From NCBI GenBank assembly GCA_017651045.1, contig JAGCDT010000106.1:1-48173 (forward strand): a stretch of 48,173 bases of DNA, given 5' to 3'. Position numbers and translations under genes: made by a program. The stretch is from Bacteroidales bacterium (GTDB lineage: Bacteria > Bacteroidota > Bacteroidia > Bacteroidales > UBA932). The first letter of the stretch is position 1. Each line of letters begins with the position of its first letter. Below, one piece after another: positions 48,149 to 48,173 of this stretch. The notes below the pieces were generated by a model. It had not been told where the DNA came from. It worked only from the letters and a program-made list of their open reading frames with translations, and did not search any database.

Positions 48149-48173
48149 ACAATACTGTTTACCAGCTTATGCT

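Overview
High-GC chromosomal segment from a member of the Bacteroidales (TAnnTTTG promoters, few Shine-Dalgarno sites, Bacteroidetes-type gene families). It is mostly housekeeping: der-xseA-xseB, a consolidated glycogen cluster that includes a GT3 synthase::GT35 phosphorylase fusion, ribF, upp, rpoN, miaB, glpK, radC, an oxaloacetate decarboxylase-like carboxyltransferase, tRNA-His, the bamA-skp-trxB-bamD-rpoZ-recN run, uppS, nadK, pdxJ, glpF, an amino-acid symporter and two secreted hydrolases. A lower-GC accessory islet (~13970-19830) lies between ribF and upp and is bracketed by REP-like palindromes. It holds the strongest signal: a BACON-repeat lipoprotein (16358-18433) whose last ~190 nt look like a diversity-generating retroelement (DGR) variable region followed by a GAAA-capped hairpin. 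I found no reverse transcriptase or template repeat in the window, so it is a candidate remote (trans) DGR target. The islet also has a ~150-nt hairpin leader overlapping a terminator, an unannotated 59-aa basic ORF, a stand-alone putative modified-DNA reader domain and a very acidic small protein. All product calls come from motif recognition by eye; no database search was run.
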